Source: Podarcis cretensis (lineage: Eukaryota). From it: 64,000 nt of DNA. The DNA lies in contig OX638149.1 of the NCBI GenBank assembly GCA_951804945.1, forward strand, positions 77,066,001 to 77,130,000, read 5' to 3'. The position numbers and the translations under genes were made by a program. The notes under the pieces were generated by a model. It was not told where the DNA came from. It saw only the letters and a list, made by a program, of their open reading frames with translations, and did not search any database. Within the stretch, counting starts at the first letter, position 1. Every line of letters starts with the position of its first letter. Of this stretch, positions 10,801 through 25,673 are shown piece by piece.

Positions 10801-13533
10801 AATGCCTTTATTAAAGTGTTTGTTACCAGAAGCACCCGAAATCTGTAGCAGCTGTAATTGGCAACCAATCATCAAACAATTCTATTTATATCCCCGCAAC
10901 AGTAAGTGTTGCTGAATTTAACGGGTAGATGGTAGGCATTTTCCCAAACACTGGGTCTAAACTGCAAGCTTCAAAACCTAGTGGCTTGGAGAAAAGTGAT
11001 GGGAGAGAATAGATTGCTCCCAGATATATCCCTTTCACTTTTGGGACAAGCAGAATATATTCAATGGTTCTTTTTTTTTTTTTTTGCCTTATCTCCTGTT
11101 TTGTGAAGAATGGCAAATGAGATCGTAAGCACTGTAAAAGTTTGATTGCGCTACCAGTGATTTTTTTTTTGTTACTTTTTTAAATGAACAAAAAGTGACA
11201 AGGCTTCACCCTCCTGCCTCTGATGTGTTCTGGGTATTTTGCATAGGCTGGATTGGGGCTAGCTTTGGAATAGTGCTACATCTAAGACTTGCTCCCCGCC
11301 CCCTTCCTACCACCCTGCAATGCTCCCCATTTGTCTTGTTCCATGAGGAGATAAGACTACGGGGGTTCATGGTTGTGGTACAAAAACCCAGCTAGTTTCA
11401 GTTAGCTTTATCTACAAAAGGGCTGTGTATCTATTTTGAAGTCTAGTCATGAGACAGATAAACTGTAACAGAGCTCCTGACATGATAATTGTGCAAATAA
11501 TAGCTTACTGATGAGCTCTTTCTTGCGACACACACACATAGTCCAGAAGCTTATAAATCCTTTTGCCATGCGGCAATGTTTTCCCCATGTATACAACTGG
11601 ATTTGCTAACTCATTTGCCCGGTTAAGTAGCCTTCCAATGGAACTGCAGACCTGAACAACTCTTTTTATCAAGAGAATCCCATGGAGGGACCCCAGAAAA
11701 ATGCTTTGATGAAGCTTGAGCATGCTCAGTGGGCATGGAATGCTGACTGCCTGTTGGGAGGGGAAACAGGGTGGTTGGAATCCTGAACGGAATCGTTCTA
11801 CACCACATTTTCTTGCAGGTCCCACTTGTGTTCTTAGGGAAAGCTTTAATTCTTCTGGGCACATTTCAGATCCTGTTGGAGCATACAGTTTTGGGTGTTG
11901 CTCTGCTAGAATTATGTATCTGGAAGATTCTCTCTCTCCTCCTCCCCCTTTTTTAAAATGAATGTTGCAAGCAAGGGGATTGTTTGCATAGGTTGATATT
12001 TGAGGTTAATATGGGAAGCAGTGTTGACTTCTCATTTGGGTACTGTAAAAGACTTCTTCAAAATTACAGCCCAGTCCTAATTTAGATTGCATTTAGCCTC
12101 TAGGGTGGGGCACACCCGTGGCTATGCTGATCCACCATTACAAAGTGAGGCTGCTTTCGACTAGTTGGCTGCTACACCAGAACAAGGCAGCACACTAATC
12201 CAATGTGGGACCTGCCAGATGTTTTGAACTACAACTCCCATCAGCCCTCGCACATTTGGAGTAGTCTAAAACATGTGGAAGGCAGCAGGTTGGGGAAGTC
12301 TGGTGGATAGAGATCTGGATGAATTCGACAAGTCCAATATAGAAGTGGTTGGCTTCAGCTAGTTCTTCTTTCTTTCTTCTACAACCCCCCCCCCAAACCT
12401 CAGCTTGATGCTGTTGTTTCCAACATCAGCTGGTCAGTCTTGTCCCTCTTTCACTGCATTGAATCTTTGTTATATCCTCCTATTTTGCAACACCTTTCCT
12501 TCTGAAAATGGCAAAAGTGGAAGGAAAAGTTGCTTCATGTCTGTTGTAAGCTTGTTACTGTCAGTTGTTTTTTTAAAAACTACTGCTGCTGTTGGCAAAT
12601 AGCAAACTTGGGCAATCTTCTCGAAGTGGACTGGAAGCTCTCTGAAACACCCAGACCACTCCGCACTCATCCACACAGGCAAAAATATGTATTCCCGGTG
12701 CTTTTATAGCTATGCCTAGTCAAGCTTCTCACAATGGAGCATCCTGTAAAGGAAGCTGCTTTCCCTTGCACCAAACCATTGTCCATCTGCCTCACTATTG
12801 TCTGTACTGGCTAGTAGAGGCTCTCCAGAGTTTTCAGACCTACTACTTGGCTACATTGGAGCCTGAATCTGGATGCGCTCCCTTTATAAAACGTAAAGGT
12901 GCAAGGTTTTGCCTGGGATGTGAACCCAGCACCTCTTGCACACAAAGCAAAAGGAACCCAACACCACTAGACACATTCCGTGGATACAAAAAATGGCAGG
13001 TCCATGGGTGCTACTGTTGTTTACGGCCGATAGGATGTTCGCCCTTCCTTCCCTAAGGCTGCAAAGGTGGTCAGGGTTGTAATTGTGACAGCATTCTAAA
13101 GTGGTCAAAATTAAAGTTGGAAAAAGTGTAGGTGGAGATCATTCTTCTGTATATTTCCAAGAGGAACTCCCTGTTAGCCTAAGGCCTAGCCCTCCTAGCC
13201 AGGTTGCTGCCACTCCTCTAAACACCACCTCATTTGCAATTTGCAAGAACAAGACACTTCTGAGTCAGCTTTCCAATTAATATCACTTAGAGTAAGGCTG
13301 CCCCCCACCAACCCAATCTGTTTAGGTGTTGTAACAGCTTCATACCTGTCTTGGCTTTATTCCATCTTTCTTTAGAAGCAGTCCCGATGGTGGCTGTTAC
13401 ACAATGGCCTGTCTATATTAGGAAGGGAGAAGTGAAGTGAATTTCTTATCTTTAATTGCCAAACTCAAGTGAGCCACCCAAATATGAAATCCTTCACTTG
13501 ATGTATGTCTTAACTCTTGCCCTTGCTGGCAAA

Positions 13534-13648
13534 GGGATAGCTCAGGCGGTAGAGCATGAGACTCTAAATCTCAGGGTTGTGGACACTGGACAAAAGAGAA
13601 GGTTGGGCTAGATGAGTCTTATGGTCCCTTCCAACTCTACAATTCTAG
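13534..13648 (+). mobile_element. tRNA-Lys-derived SINE with CR1-like tail (degenerate, internally deleted)
   Basis: gggatagctcaggcggtagagcatgagactctaaatctcaggg followed by the tail ctagatgagtcttatggtcccttccaactctacaattcta. Same family as 42936-43085. Confidence 0.75.
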
Positions 13649-16600
13649 TTGTATAATGCATGGATGACCACACACACAAGCCTCGCAGGTGCAACTATTA
13701 AGGGTTGCAGTGCAGAACAGAGGCAGGATGGACTAGGTGCATATGTGGTGGTGGCATCAGGTAAATGCTCAGTAGAGACACCAATGCTAGGGAATTATAT
13801 ATAGCAGGTATGGTGTTTCTCTGTGCTTTTTATATATAGTGGCAGCCCTATGTCTGCAGCAGACAGCTTAGAAACGGCCTTAACAGACTGTGATCAATGC
13901 AGCTCATGGTCCCCTTTTTATAGTTTGCTTTCAAAAGTGGTAGAGAGAAGAGAAACTATGTTTTTGCCAGCCTTCAGTCAATTATTGCTCATCCCAGATT
14001 GAAGATCCCAATCCATATATTGCTGTGGATTGCAGCAGTCTCCTGGCAGGTATACCTGAAGAGGGGTATAAGCAACCAGTAGCTCCACATCAGCAGTTTT
14101 CAACACATTCAAATGTAAATGAAAATGCTTGTGGTTCTCAAGATGAAAAAATAAGTGCACTGTTCCTACTCATGCCAGGAAAACACTTGGCAAAGTTCAC
14201 AAACCTGTTCTGGAGCCAAATATATATATATGTCATGTGTGTTGGGTTGCCACCCTTTCTTCTTTCTCCAGGCAGAACTTCTGTAATAGCTGTTGGATCA
14301 GCAAAAATGGGAAGAGGCGCAGCTTTCCCCACTGCTGAGGTGCAGCAATTGCCAGCGGATGGGAACAGCAAGCTGTACCTAAGCAGTTTAGCAGGAATCC
14401 TGCTCCAATAAGTTTTAATGTTTTTTTTTTAAAGTGAGGTTTGTTGTCTGTTGCATACTATGGCCGTGACAGCTGAGGAGGGAGGAAACATCCAAAGCAT
14501 TCTTCCATTAAGTGCAAATTTCAGCAGGCTACAGGATATTGATTGTGGTAGATGAAGAGCTCTTTGCAACTGGAAAGTCCTCTCCTCCCCTCCCTTTCAC
14601 CCCCTTTCTATGGTCAGTACATGTACTGGAAGCAAAAGGCGTAAAGACCTACTTAATCCTTGTTGGTTCAGCATGTACGCTACTTTTGCACTCACTGGTG
14701 CTTATGCTGGAGCAGAAAGGGAACATGTTTATGTCTCATTGAGCAACTGAGTCAAATGCTGACTTCATGGTTTGCTAGGATGTCTTTGGAAGCCTAAGAG
14801 AGTCTCCCTCCCTCCCTCTTGTTTAAAAGTTGGAGGAGTCTGGAATATATTCCCTGCCATAGTAGCTGCAGCCCTAGAGAGGGATGAGGAGCAAGTAACC
14901 TCCATTTACTCAGTGTGTTGGAGGAGAAAGGCTTAGCTAAGGCGGTGTGTGTGGACCTTTGTTACAAGTGTTCTCCCTTTAACACATCGCAAAAATGGGT
15001 GTGGGGAAACCTTGGGGAGGGGTAGTGTGCAAGTTCTGTGCCCTCTCATAGGATAGGTGCTATTTCATTTTTAGTTCTGCCCTGCCACTTGTTGGACTGT
15101 GTTAAACAGCAGGACCCATCTGGCTGCTGTTAGCACAAACCCATTGTGTCATTGCTCTAGTTGCTGCTTGCAGAATTCCCACTCATTGTTTCAGGGTAGG
15201 GAGGGAGGGAGCTACTGCTTGTCTTCTGGAGGCAGTGTCTCACTTCCAGAGTCCTTCCTGTGTCTCCCCCAAAAAGAGGTTTGTGTGTTTCACAACAGTG
15301 TAGGTCCTAATGGAGGAATCTGCAAAATGATGCTAGTAAATGGATATGTAGCAATTCCTTCCCATCACGTTCATGTCCTGGTAAGTGACCATCCTAAGCA
15401 TGAGCAGCTTCACATGCTCCTTAGGCAGGATGGGGAATCTTTCTTGAGATGCTGGTGGACTTACACATTGCATCATCCTTGGCTAGGGCTGATGGGAGTT
15501 GGAGCCCAGCAGTGTCTCGAGGGTTGCAGGTTCCCCATGCCTGGATGGAATGCAATTCAGTTTTACTCAGAGTAAAACCATTGAAGTTAATTAAATGTGG
15601 CAAGTTAGGTCCATTAATTTCAATAGGTCTACTCTGACCAAAACTTAGTTGAACTCCGCTCCCTCTTTCTAGATGGCTTAATTCCTCCCATCTGGAATGT
15701 GAGCCTCTTCCTGGTTCAAACACTTAAACTACCCTTCTGATTTGAGTGCAAAGGCTGCCAGGCTCCTGCCTGAATGGTGGTTCATAGTATAGCAACTATT
15801 CCAGGAAGTGCAGGTGAGCAATACATAGGATTTATTGCATTGCAGCAAAGATTCTGCATACTTAAAAAAATATGTGTAGAGACCATGTGGCACCTCAACT
15901 TTAGCTTTAGGAGCATGGACAAGAATGGATTATAATGATTTCTAAAAACTGACCCAGGACTTTATTCCTCCGTGTGTGTGAGAGAGAATTCATACAGATA
16001 AATGTTGCATAAAACACTGGCCTTTGTGAACAAAAGTTGCTTAAGTACAAAATGAATATCAAGGCAGCAGTCCTGGTTAATTACAAGGTGATTTACAGCC
16101 TCTAATTCTCCACTATGCTTTAAGAGTAATAGCCAATATCTTTGGCTTATATGACGTGCTATATAGGTACTAGGTTAGAAAACACACCCTGCCCTAATAC
16201 AATAATGGTTTTAATGTGAGATGCCAGGGAGGAGATGGCAGTATAATTTCCTTTAATCTCCATAGGCTGTAGGCACAGAATGCAGGTAACATTTTTGTAC
16301 CCAAGTAGCTTGACCAGAGGAATGAAAAGCATCTCCCACGCTGAGTGGTGGAGCTGTTGGCCGTGTCATTAGCTGTTGCCTTGGGAGCTCCTCTCATCCA
16401 CCAGTTTTTGCGCACTTGTGCCCAAGGAACTCTGAATAGGCAAGCACATGTGCTGGTAAGCAATATGAAGTTACTGGCTGAGCCAAGTGAAGTTTAAATA
16501 TTGTCACCAAAACATGGACATTTGAATCTACCTTTGTAAGGCGGTAACCCCCAAACATTGAGGATGAAATTGGGTACACCTTCTGTCATTCTTATCCACC

Positions 16601-17227
16601 CACCCACACTAAAGGAAGTTAGACATTCTATTGCAATATATGACTGGAAGTTTTGCTGAGAGATTTGCATATACGTTTTGGGAATGTTTGGGATACAATA
16701 CTCTGTTTTAAATTCAAGCACACTTTCCCAAGGGAACCAAGGAAGAGGAATGATGACATCCTGTTGTATCCATCACGGAGCCATTGCATATGAGCATTTG
16801 CTAGATTTTTGGATGTTGGGAATGAACTTGCAGTAAAGAGCTGGCTTAGCCCTTGTTCAAATAGAGCATTTTAGTACTTCCACATAAGTGAATGGTAGCA
16901 ATTCATTCTTAGGGTTGGAGTGAAATCTCTTGGCTCTGAGTGGCTAAGGCCTTACTCTTGGGAATAATCGAGAGGCATAATGCATCTCTGTGCTCCGAAC
17001 ACACTGGCAATTAAACATTGCCATGTTTAAGCCAAGGATGAGCAGTCTGTGGCTCTCTTTATTCTGCTGGACTCTAACTCTTCCATCCAGCATGGCCAAT
17101 GGTTGGGTATGATGGTGGAAATTGTAATCCAACAACCTCTGGAGGGCCACAGGTTCCTCATCTAAGCCCCACATGTGATATCAATCATAATGACAAAGTG
17201 TAGGCAAAGTGTAGTTTATAATAACTA

Positions 17228-17550
17228 CAGTGGTACTTTGGTTCTCAAACTTAATCAGTTGCGGAAGTCTGTTCCAAAACCAAAGCATTCCAAAACCAAG
17301 GTGCGCTTTACCACAGAAAGGAATGCAAAATGGATTAATTTGTTCCAGACTTTTAAAAACAACCCCCAAAACAGCAATTTAACATGAATTTTACTATCTA
17401 ATGAGACAACTGATCCATAAAATGAAAACAATAAACAATGTACTGCAGTCACACAATCCATCAATCAGTAGCTGAACTGGGTTCCACACAGTCACGGAAA
17501 CGAAACAAAACAAAAAAGCCACGAAAACGCAAAAAATATACAGCAAAAAC
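17228..17550 (+). mobile_element. Tigger/pogo-like DNA transposon 5' fragment
   Basis: ta|cagtggtactttggttctcaaacttaatc TIR, similar to the other Tigger-like MITEs. No matching right TIR found. Confidence 0.55.
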
Positions 17551-17640
17551 ATGCAAGCTGGTGACCCTTGCAACATCTTTTGGAAGCAAATGAGACTTGC
17601 ATCTAGAGTCTCCTCATCTTGATACAGCCAACTCCCCCTT

Positions 17641-17862
17641 CTTTTTATTTATTTACTTTGCATCTTCTTCCTTTCCTCTAAGGGTCTAAACGCAACCTTC
17701 ATTGCCTCCATCCCTCCTGCCCCATTTTTTTCCTCACAAGAAAACCTGTAAGGTAGTTCAGGCTGAGAGAGAATGACTCGCTCACAAGACACCCAAGGAA
17801 GCTTCATATCTTAGTGGGAATTTGTACCTGGGTCTCCTTACTCCTGGTCTGACACTCTGATC
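17641..17862 (-). mobile_element. CORE/MIR-like SINE, antisense
   Basis: (ttta)n tail followed by cctcacaagaaaacctgtaaggtag...gagaatgactcgctcacaagacacccaaggaagcttcat...gggaatttgtacctgggtctcct (CORE and box-B-like). Confidence 0.6.
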
Positions 17863-18080
17863 ATTATTCCTCCCTGGTGCACACTCTTGCTCCCTCTCTC
17901 TATATGCAGTTTGATATGGGCGTGGGGTAGTTACGTAAGTTTGTTGGCTTCTTTTGCAGTAGCCACTGACTTCTCTCAATCCTATAAATAACACTGTGGT
18001 AAGAATGATCCCTTAGTAGTAATCCTCCGTACTGTGGGGTAATGAGCGTTGTATTTGGCAATCCAGTACCATGAAAGTGA

Positions 18081-18311
<231 letters not shown>

Positions 18312-18935
18312 TGACTGACTTAAGTAGCACCATCCATTAATCCTCTAGAGTGTATTTATGTGATAAAGCCTAAGCCAAGCTCTTACTTTGCATGAAAATG
18401 ACTAACTTTTAAAAAAGAATTTTATTTGACATATCACTGATTGTGTCCTGTGCTTCATTTTGAGAAGCCTGGTACTTCCTGTCCACTATTTTTTAATATT
18501 GCTTCCAACTTGACTCCCCACTCCTTGCTGCTTTTTATGAATACTTTGATTCAACTGACCATTGCTTGAGAGGCAAAGAAGTGTACCTCTCTCTCCTGGG
18601 ATGCATGCTCCTCAGCACACTGGAAACTGGTCAGCCAGTTCTATCTGTCACTGTTCTTATATTATTGAGGCATATAACCTTGCACAAGGAATATGAAGCA
18701 ATTTGAAATTTAAATATAACCTTTAGTTCTGAATAACATTTTGCCATTTAGAACAGGAGTGGATAACCTGCTCCTGGGCTCCAGCTCCCGTTGGCCCCAG
18801 CCAACTTGGACCCTGTGGTCAGGGACAATGGGACTTGTAGTCCAGCAGCATCTGGAGAGCCAGCACTGATTTACAACTTATGCTGTCAACTGTGTTTCAC
18901 TCTCTTTCCCAGAGGATCTGTCAGAGCACTTAAAC

Positions 18936-19072
18936 TAGCGGTTCTCAACCTGTGGTTCCCAGATGTTGTTGGACTACAACTCCCATCATCCCTGAGCTCT
19001 GGCCTTTCTAGCTAGGGGTGATGGGAGTTGTAGTTCAACAACATCTGGGGACCCACAGGTTGAGAAAGGCTG
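18936..19072. mobile_element. hAT-superfamily MITE with 8-bp TSD
   Basis: Perfect TSD ACTTAAAC (18928-18935 and 19073-19080). Near-complete palindrome: ttctcaacctgtgg...ccacaggttgagaa and actacaactcccatca...tgatgggagttgtagt. Confidence 0.9.
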
Positions 19073-20583
19073 ACTTAAACAGAGTTGGTGGCTGATCATT
19101 CCACCTTTTTTACCTCTGAGCGCCTAAAGTGATGATAAAATATACTCCATCTTTTAACTAATTTAAAGAGTCTCCCCTGACTATTGAATTAAATGCAGCT
19201 GTTTCTGCTTGTGATGAGACCCTTGTGCACATTGGTAGAGATCACGGGGACCACATCTTCTGAACGTACCTGTGCGCAGCAACTCCGCTGGCTGAAACTG
19301 ATGGGAGTTTTAAAGCATCCCTGACCACTGGCCATGCTGGTGAGGGCTGGTGGGAGTTTTATTCCAGCAGTAGTTGCAGGGCTGCTTGTTAGCCACCCTT
19401 GCTTTAGGTGGAAAACGGATAATGACTTTATTAAAGGTGGTTTGAAAGAGGGTGTTCTACTCTTGTTATGTACACCCAGCTGGTTTTGCAAGCTTTTATT
19501 CTGTAAAGCCTGTTTGACTAGAAATGCATAGGACAAAAAAAGAAGAAGCCTGCCTCATAGGAAATGAAGCCCCTCAAACTACTTTCAGCCCTCTTGAAAA
19601 GTGTGTGAGCTCAGCACGTGTACCCGGGTTTTTCATGTCTTGGGAATCCTCAAGAAATAAACCTGCCAGGTATACTTGAATCCCAAAATATACTTTCCAA
19701 ATCCAATTTAGCAGCCAGATTGGATCTCTCCACTTAATTCTCCATGTGTTCGAAGAGCTTTAGAAAGCACTTTGTGCTAATGCTTTCAGGTAAAGAGATG
19801 CATGTTGGCAGTCGTTCTACCCTATTCTGGAAGTCCCTTTAGTTCAAGAGGAATGAAAAAGTATTCTCTCCAGCAGATGGGACTTGAAACAGGCAGAGTT
19901 AGTTGTGCTACAACCATGCCAGATCTAGCTAAGATTTGGTAAAGACCACCTTTCTCCGGAAGCCCCGGTGGACTACAATTTAACTGTAGTTGCTTTCCTA
20001 AACATCCCTGATACCATTGTGGGCATGGCATAAAAAGTTCAATTTATAGAGGAAGACTAGGTTCATATGCCATCTAGATGTCTTCACTGCTTCTCCACTT
20101 AAGATGTTCAGGAGGCGATATAGCTGTGATTATTAAGTAACCATGGCCTCCATTTATAAAATGAGTCCAGTCCATCAGTCCCTAAGCTTGCACATAATCA
20201 GGGTTAGCAGTAACCTTGCTATTTGCTATTATTCAGTATTTCACTCTAGCCCTTCAGAACAATTTGGCTGGCTTAGAAATTTGTTGTTTTGAAATGAAAC
20301 CTATAATTGTCCATATTATGGGTTGTTGGCTGATAAGTGACGCTACAGGGTGGGTACTGTCCATGTCTGTCCTGGTTTTTTTTTTCTTCCAGAATAAATA
20401 CTACATCAAGTGCATCTCTTAGGTCAGGTCTGCATCAAAGCACATTTGCCTTTTGCTTGTTTCTTGAGTGTATTTACATACAGGAATCAAGAAAACTGAA
20501 CATAATGAAAAAAAATTGTTGTTTTCTCTCCATTTAATTAAATGCTGCAAAACTGGTTCCTAACACTAATTAAAAAGCTGTGA

Positions 20584-20889
<306 letters not shown>

Positions 20890-22627
20890 TGAGACTTTAG
20901 CAAAACAACAACAGCCTACCACCACTACCACCATATGAGAGTACTAAAATATTGTAGTGTGATAGGAACTCCTGGGGATAGTACCAAAAGTTTGTGAGGC
21001 ATATGGGATGTGCTTTTCGCAAAACATAGATTGCCTAGCCAGTGATCAGCTTTGATGTAGAGCACTGTGGGTTTGTTTTGCTGCTTAGAAAGTAAATGAC
21101 AGCATTGTGGTAATTTATTATTATTATTATTTTTTAAAAGACAAGGTAGGAGAAGTTAGTTTCAAATTTATTGTCCTGTGGCTGCACATTAAAACAGCTT
21201 TTCTCGTGGTGTGCCTTGAAAGGCCCCAGAAGCTCTCTTTGCCAGTCCTTTCTATGAGCCTGCCATCTTCAGTGGCCAGTTTTAAAGCCACATGTGTATG
21301 GAAAGAATTGCCATGGTTTGTTCGTAATCCTCCTCAAATAAACTACAGCTACTGTGGCCTTAAGGGAGCCTGTACTTGTCCAGGTTAAGTTGATGGAAGT
21401 TGCTAGACTAGGGTGATACAATTATTTTAAGCAGCATTTAGCACCAAGCACTGAAACTTAGTTTCTGAAAAAGCTTCAGCCATTGTGTCTCGTTGTAAGG
21501 AAAGGGGAGCAAGGGAGACTTAACTATGATATGCATGTAATCACTGGCTGATGAAGCAACTTTTACAGGGCAAAGTTGTCTTGTCCCTTTTTATTCTTAG
21601 GAGCGTTTGCTAACAGAGCAGAAAAAATCAGAATAATCATATACTAAGTTTTTGTCCTGCCCTGCCCCCCAAAGACAATTAGGGTGGCAAACCATAAAGC
21701 AATATAACAGCACAATTAAAAAATAAAGCAAGGAAAAACTTCGAAAGCATCTAAAACCATATTAAAATAGCCACATGTTCTCACATCTAATAATTTCAAG
21801 GTTGCTAGGAACAGTATCTTTCAACCATCAAATGCCTGGGTGAGCAGGGATGTTTTTAAAATACCTCCTGAATGTAAATAGTGAGGAAGACAAGCAAGAG
21901 ATTAGAAAGAACAATTCTGACATACCAAACAAAATCTTTGCCAAGTCTCACAATTTCATCATATCTGGTCATAAATTGAGTGGCGAAGAAACAGTCTAGA
22001 TGAATTCATGTGAAGCCCTGGATGGTATTTCTTTCTCCTTCCCACACCCTGTGCCGCCTTTGGTCAGATTCACCTGGCATTGCTCACTTTTGTGGCTCTG
22101 CAGCAAGGAAGGGCAGGAGCAGAAAAAAGCAGAGCTGTTGCCACAGTGACTCCCAAGGTTTGAAAATTGTTGCCTGGGGGAAGTTCAGAGCTTAACATCT
22201 CTGCGATTTCAGAGAGGTGATAAAACTTCCTCTTTTCAGCAAGCATTTGGTTCTGTGTCTAGTTCCTGTATTCTTTGTTTGAGGGTTTTTGTTACACTCG
22301 CCTTTGTTGTTGCTCACAGCCTTGAGCTTTAGAAAAGCAGTTTAATCGCTTAAAAATTACAAAATGAATACAATAGCAAGATGATAATGGAAGTTGCATG
22401 GCTTCTAAGAAGGCAACTGCATGCTCCTTATCAGCTTTTATGTTTTTCAAGATTTCTCTGTTTGTTCCATGTGCCTTTATATGGCATGTATTGAGAAGGG
22501 AGGGATCCTGGCACCACTTGAGCATGTTTTTATCTTACTACCAGAAGAATGATACCATATTTGTTCCAATAATGGTGTAAATGTGTATGTTTTGGGTTCT
22601 CCCAACCTTCTTTTCTCTTTCTCCCAG

Positions 22628-22827
22628 ATTGGTGACCTGATTGTCCAGAATCAGTTGTTTGGTGAAGCTGTCAAGCAGCCTGGTATCACTTTCATTGCTG
22701 CAAAGTTTGATGGCATCCTTGGCCTGGCATACCCTAAGATCTCCGTGGATAAAGTGTTGCCTTTCTTTGACAATGCAATGCAACAGGCACTAATGGAGAA
22801 GAACCTGTTTTCCTTTTATCTGAACAG
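22628..22827 (+). CDS. CTSD: Cathepsin D exon 5 ([19 protein letters not shown]...FSFYLNR)
   Basis: Acceptor ctcccag|A and donor AG|gtgaga, 200 nt. Contains the [10 protein letters not shown] motif. Confidence 0.98.
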
Positions 22828-23768
22828 GTGAGAATGTCACCTTGCTTTAACTTGTGTGCCAAGGACCAAAGGGAAAGGCATTTCCATCCCCAAAGGAAAC
22901 GTCTTAATTATTTCATATGTGTGGTGGTGGTGCCTATATTTGCTGCGTAAAGATAAAGCCCTTTTAAGAAGATGGAAAGATTATGTGTGGCATCCATTAG
23001 GAGAAGAGGGAATAGCAGGTTGTGATGGACAGGGGAAGAAGTTCCTGTTTGTCATTTAGAAATGTCCTGATATCCTTTGACTCATTTCTGTCTTGTGACA
23101 CACCCAATTCTTTATTCTTTTTTTTAAAAAACACAATACAATATATGCACAAAAAAATCAGTGCATAACATTGATTACTATATGGTGCAAATCACCTGAT
23201 CATGAATAAAGAGTCCTGCAGCATCATATATGAAATGCCCCATTGTTACTGGGTATGGGCCAAGGGTTTCCCCAGCAGAGTATGCCCACAACTGTGAAAG
23301 GGCTCAGGGAACCAGCAAATGAGCACGACACAGGTGCAGGCTCAGAATGGTCTGAAGGCTTGCAGTGCAGCCCTATGGGAAACCATACACAGACCAGTCT
23401 TGAGCTCTTTAGATAGACCACCATGGTGTGCATGATAAAGGATTGCCACCCAATCTGGTGCACATGTTACTTGGGAAGATATCTGTTGAGTTCGGTTTGG
23501 GCTTTCTCACTGGTAGGACTGCTTAGGGTAGCAGAGCTGTTGAAAGCCAGACTTAAAGAAATATGCCAAGTACACAAAGGATGGCATTGCTTCCCTTGGA
23601 TTCTGGGGGCCTTTTCCCTGCCCTGCATCACTTCTGTATCCTTGTCCTTACGTGTTTTTTCCACTTTACATTTCCACAGTTCATTGAGTGTATTGCTCTG
23701 AAGCTATGGATCTCCCTCCGTTTTTGTACTAACATTTCCCTTCTCCACTTGTGTGCTGCCTCTTCTAG

Positions 23769-23891
23769 GGATCCGAAAGCAGCCACTGGAGGTGAATTGC
23801 TTTTCGGTGGGGTGGACCCACAATATTATACTGGGGACTTCACCTGGGTGAACGTCACTCGCAAAGCTTACTGGCAGATCCACATGGACAA
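23769..23891 (+). CDS. CTSD: Cathepsin D exon 6 ([14 protein letters not shown]...[14 protein letters not shown])
   Basis: Acceptor ttctag|G and donor AA|gtgagt, 123 nt. Second sequon NVT. Confidence 0.98.
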
Positions 23892-24202
23892 GTGAGTTGC
23901 TTCTCTCATTTGTTTCACAGGTGCACAAGGGGGTCCATAGTTTATTAGCATATAGATTACCTGCAATAAAGCATTGTTCTATATCCCCAATGGGAGCTGT
24001 GTAACACCATGTAGGGCTTGCAGTAAGCAAAGACTCCGGGGGGGAAACCCCACTCTCCTAAAATCTTCCATGCTGTGCCATGTAGCACAGAAGGAGTTCA
24101 GTCCCCAATGCTGAGGATATTGCTACACCCAACTGCACAAAGGTGGGTAAAATTGAATTCTTTAAAAAAAAAAAAAATCATCTGGGAATTGTCTTCTTCC
24201 AG

Positions 24203-24347
24203 GGTTGACGTTGGCAATGGCCTGACTGTGTGCAAAGATGGCTGTGAAGCTATTGTAGACACAGGGACCTCCCTCATTACAGGCCCAACAGATGAAATTA
24301 AGCAACTGCAGAAAGCCATTGGAGCTAAGCCAATCATTAAAGGACAG
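24203..24347 (+). CDS. CTSD: Cathepsin D exon 7 (VDVGNGLTVCKDGCEAIVDTGTSL..., second catalytic Asp)
   Basis: Acceptor ttccag|G and donor CAG|gtaatg, 145 nt. Contains the DTGT motif. Confidence 0.98.
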
Positions 24348-25574
24348 GTAATGTGGGAATGGGGTGAGGTGGTGGGTCTAATGTTGGGACATCCATATGT
24401 GCAGCCTGACTGTTTCTCTCAGGGCTGGCTAGCCTGGGACCCTGCAGATGTTGTTAGGCTCCAGCTCTACTCTACTCCACACATTGAGCACACTGGCTGG
24501 GGCTGATGAGATTTGGGAATCCAACATCTGAAGGGTCACAGGTTCTCTAGCACTGCTTTCTATATATTGGTTTTGGTCTCAACTGGGTTCAGATACAGCC
24601 AATAGCTTGGATTGCTACCTCAAAAGCAGCTTGGTTACTAGTTCAAAGCGGTTCAAATGTTGGGTAACCTTTATGTTACAGTACTGCAGCTTTCCCCCCA
24701 CAACCAGACCTGCTTAGGAAGAATTGGCCATAATAAGTTCTATACACCCTTCCTTCCACCTCAGAGGATTTTCAGGTCCATACTCCAGTCTGGCTTATAC
24801 AGCATGCAGGACTTCTTACAGTGTCAACATCCCACATGTTGCGCTTCGCATTGGCGCTTGTGCGTAATGTTAGCATGCCTGTGATCAGCAGCCTCTGCAG
24901 GTGTGCCATCGACATCCTGTCATTACATGCAAACAGACCAGTGGCTGAGGGAAGAATGCTTAAAATGTGGCTCAATTGAGGGCTGAACCTCTTACACTCA
25001 AAGGGCCTATTTGTAGCCTGCATGCTGTGTAAGCTGGGTCTAAGAGAACTCCTTCAGCCAATAGTATAGGAGGAGAAATTCTGCTACGTTCAGCTTCAGC
25101 TGCTGCTTCAGCACTTTGAGAATTGCTGTATAATGATAAATTTCCTGTCTGTGTAGTTCTTAAAAGGTACAGCAAGGGAGGTCCACTCAAGATATGGATC
25201 TTCCATCTCTTTAACTGCCCAGATATATGGCTTTTTTGTGGGAAAGGCATCAGAATGTGGCACTAATGAAGTGTAAGAGGTAGTAGTAGTAGTAATGTTT
25301 GGGATTTTTATAGAGAACTTAATGTTCACTGTAATCCTAGCAATGAGCAGTGGCTCAGTGCTGCCCCTGTACTGCAGCTGAGGACAAGATGTTTGTTGCC
25401 AGCAGGAAAAATCCAAGGGGTTCCCCTGTTCCAGGAAGAAGAATAGCCTAAACAAGTCCCTTTTAGGGAGAAGGGTGGAGTCACTAGCTAGTTCTTGTCT
25501 ACACACCTTCAGGAGTCAAAATTCATAGCTCTACAACAAGGTTCTTATACTTCCAATTTATTTTTATTTTTCAG

Positions 25575-25673
25575 TACATGCTTCCGTGTGATAAGCTGTC
25601 TTCCCTTCCCACTGTGAACTTGGTTCTGGGAGGGAAATCCTATGCCCTCACTCCAGATCTATATGCCTTGAAG
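25575..25673 (+). CDS. CTSD: Cathepsin D exon 8 (YMLPCDKLSSLPTVNLVLGGKSYALTPDLYALK)
   Basis: Acceptor tttttcag|T and donor AAG|gtaagt, 99 nt, phase 0-0. Absent from the ORF track; found by reading the sequence. Confidence 0.96.
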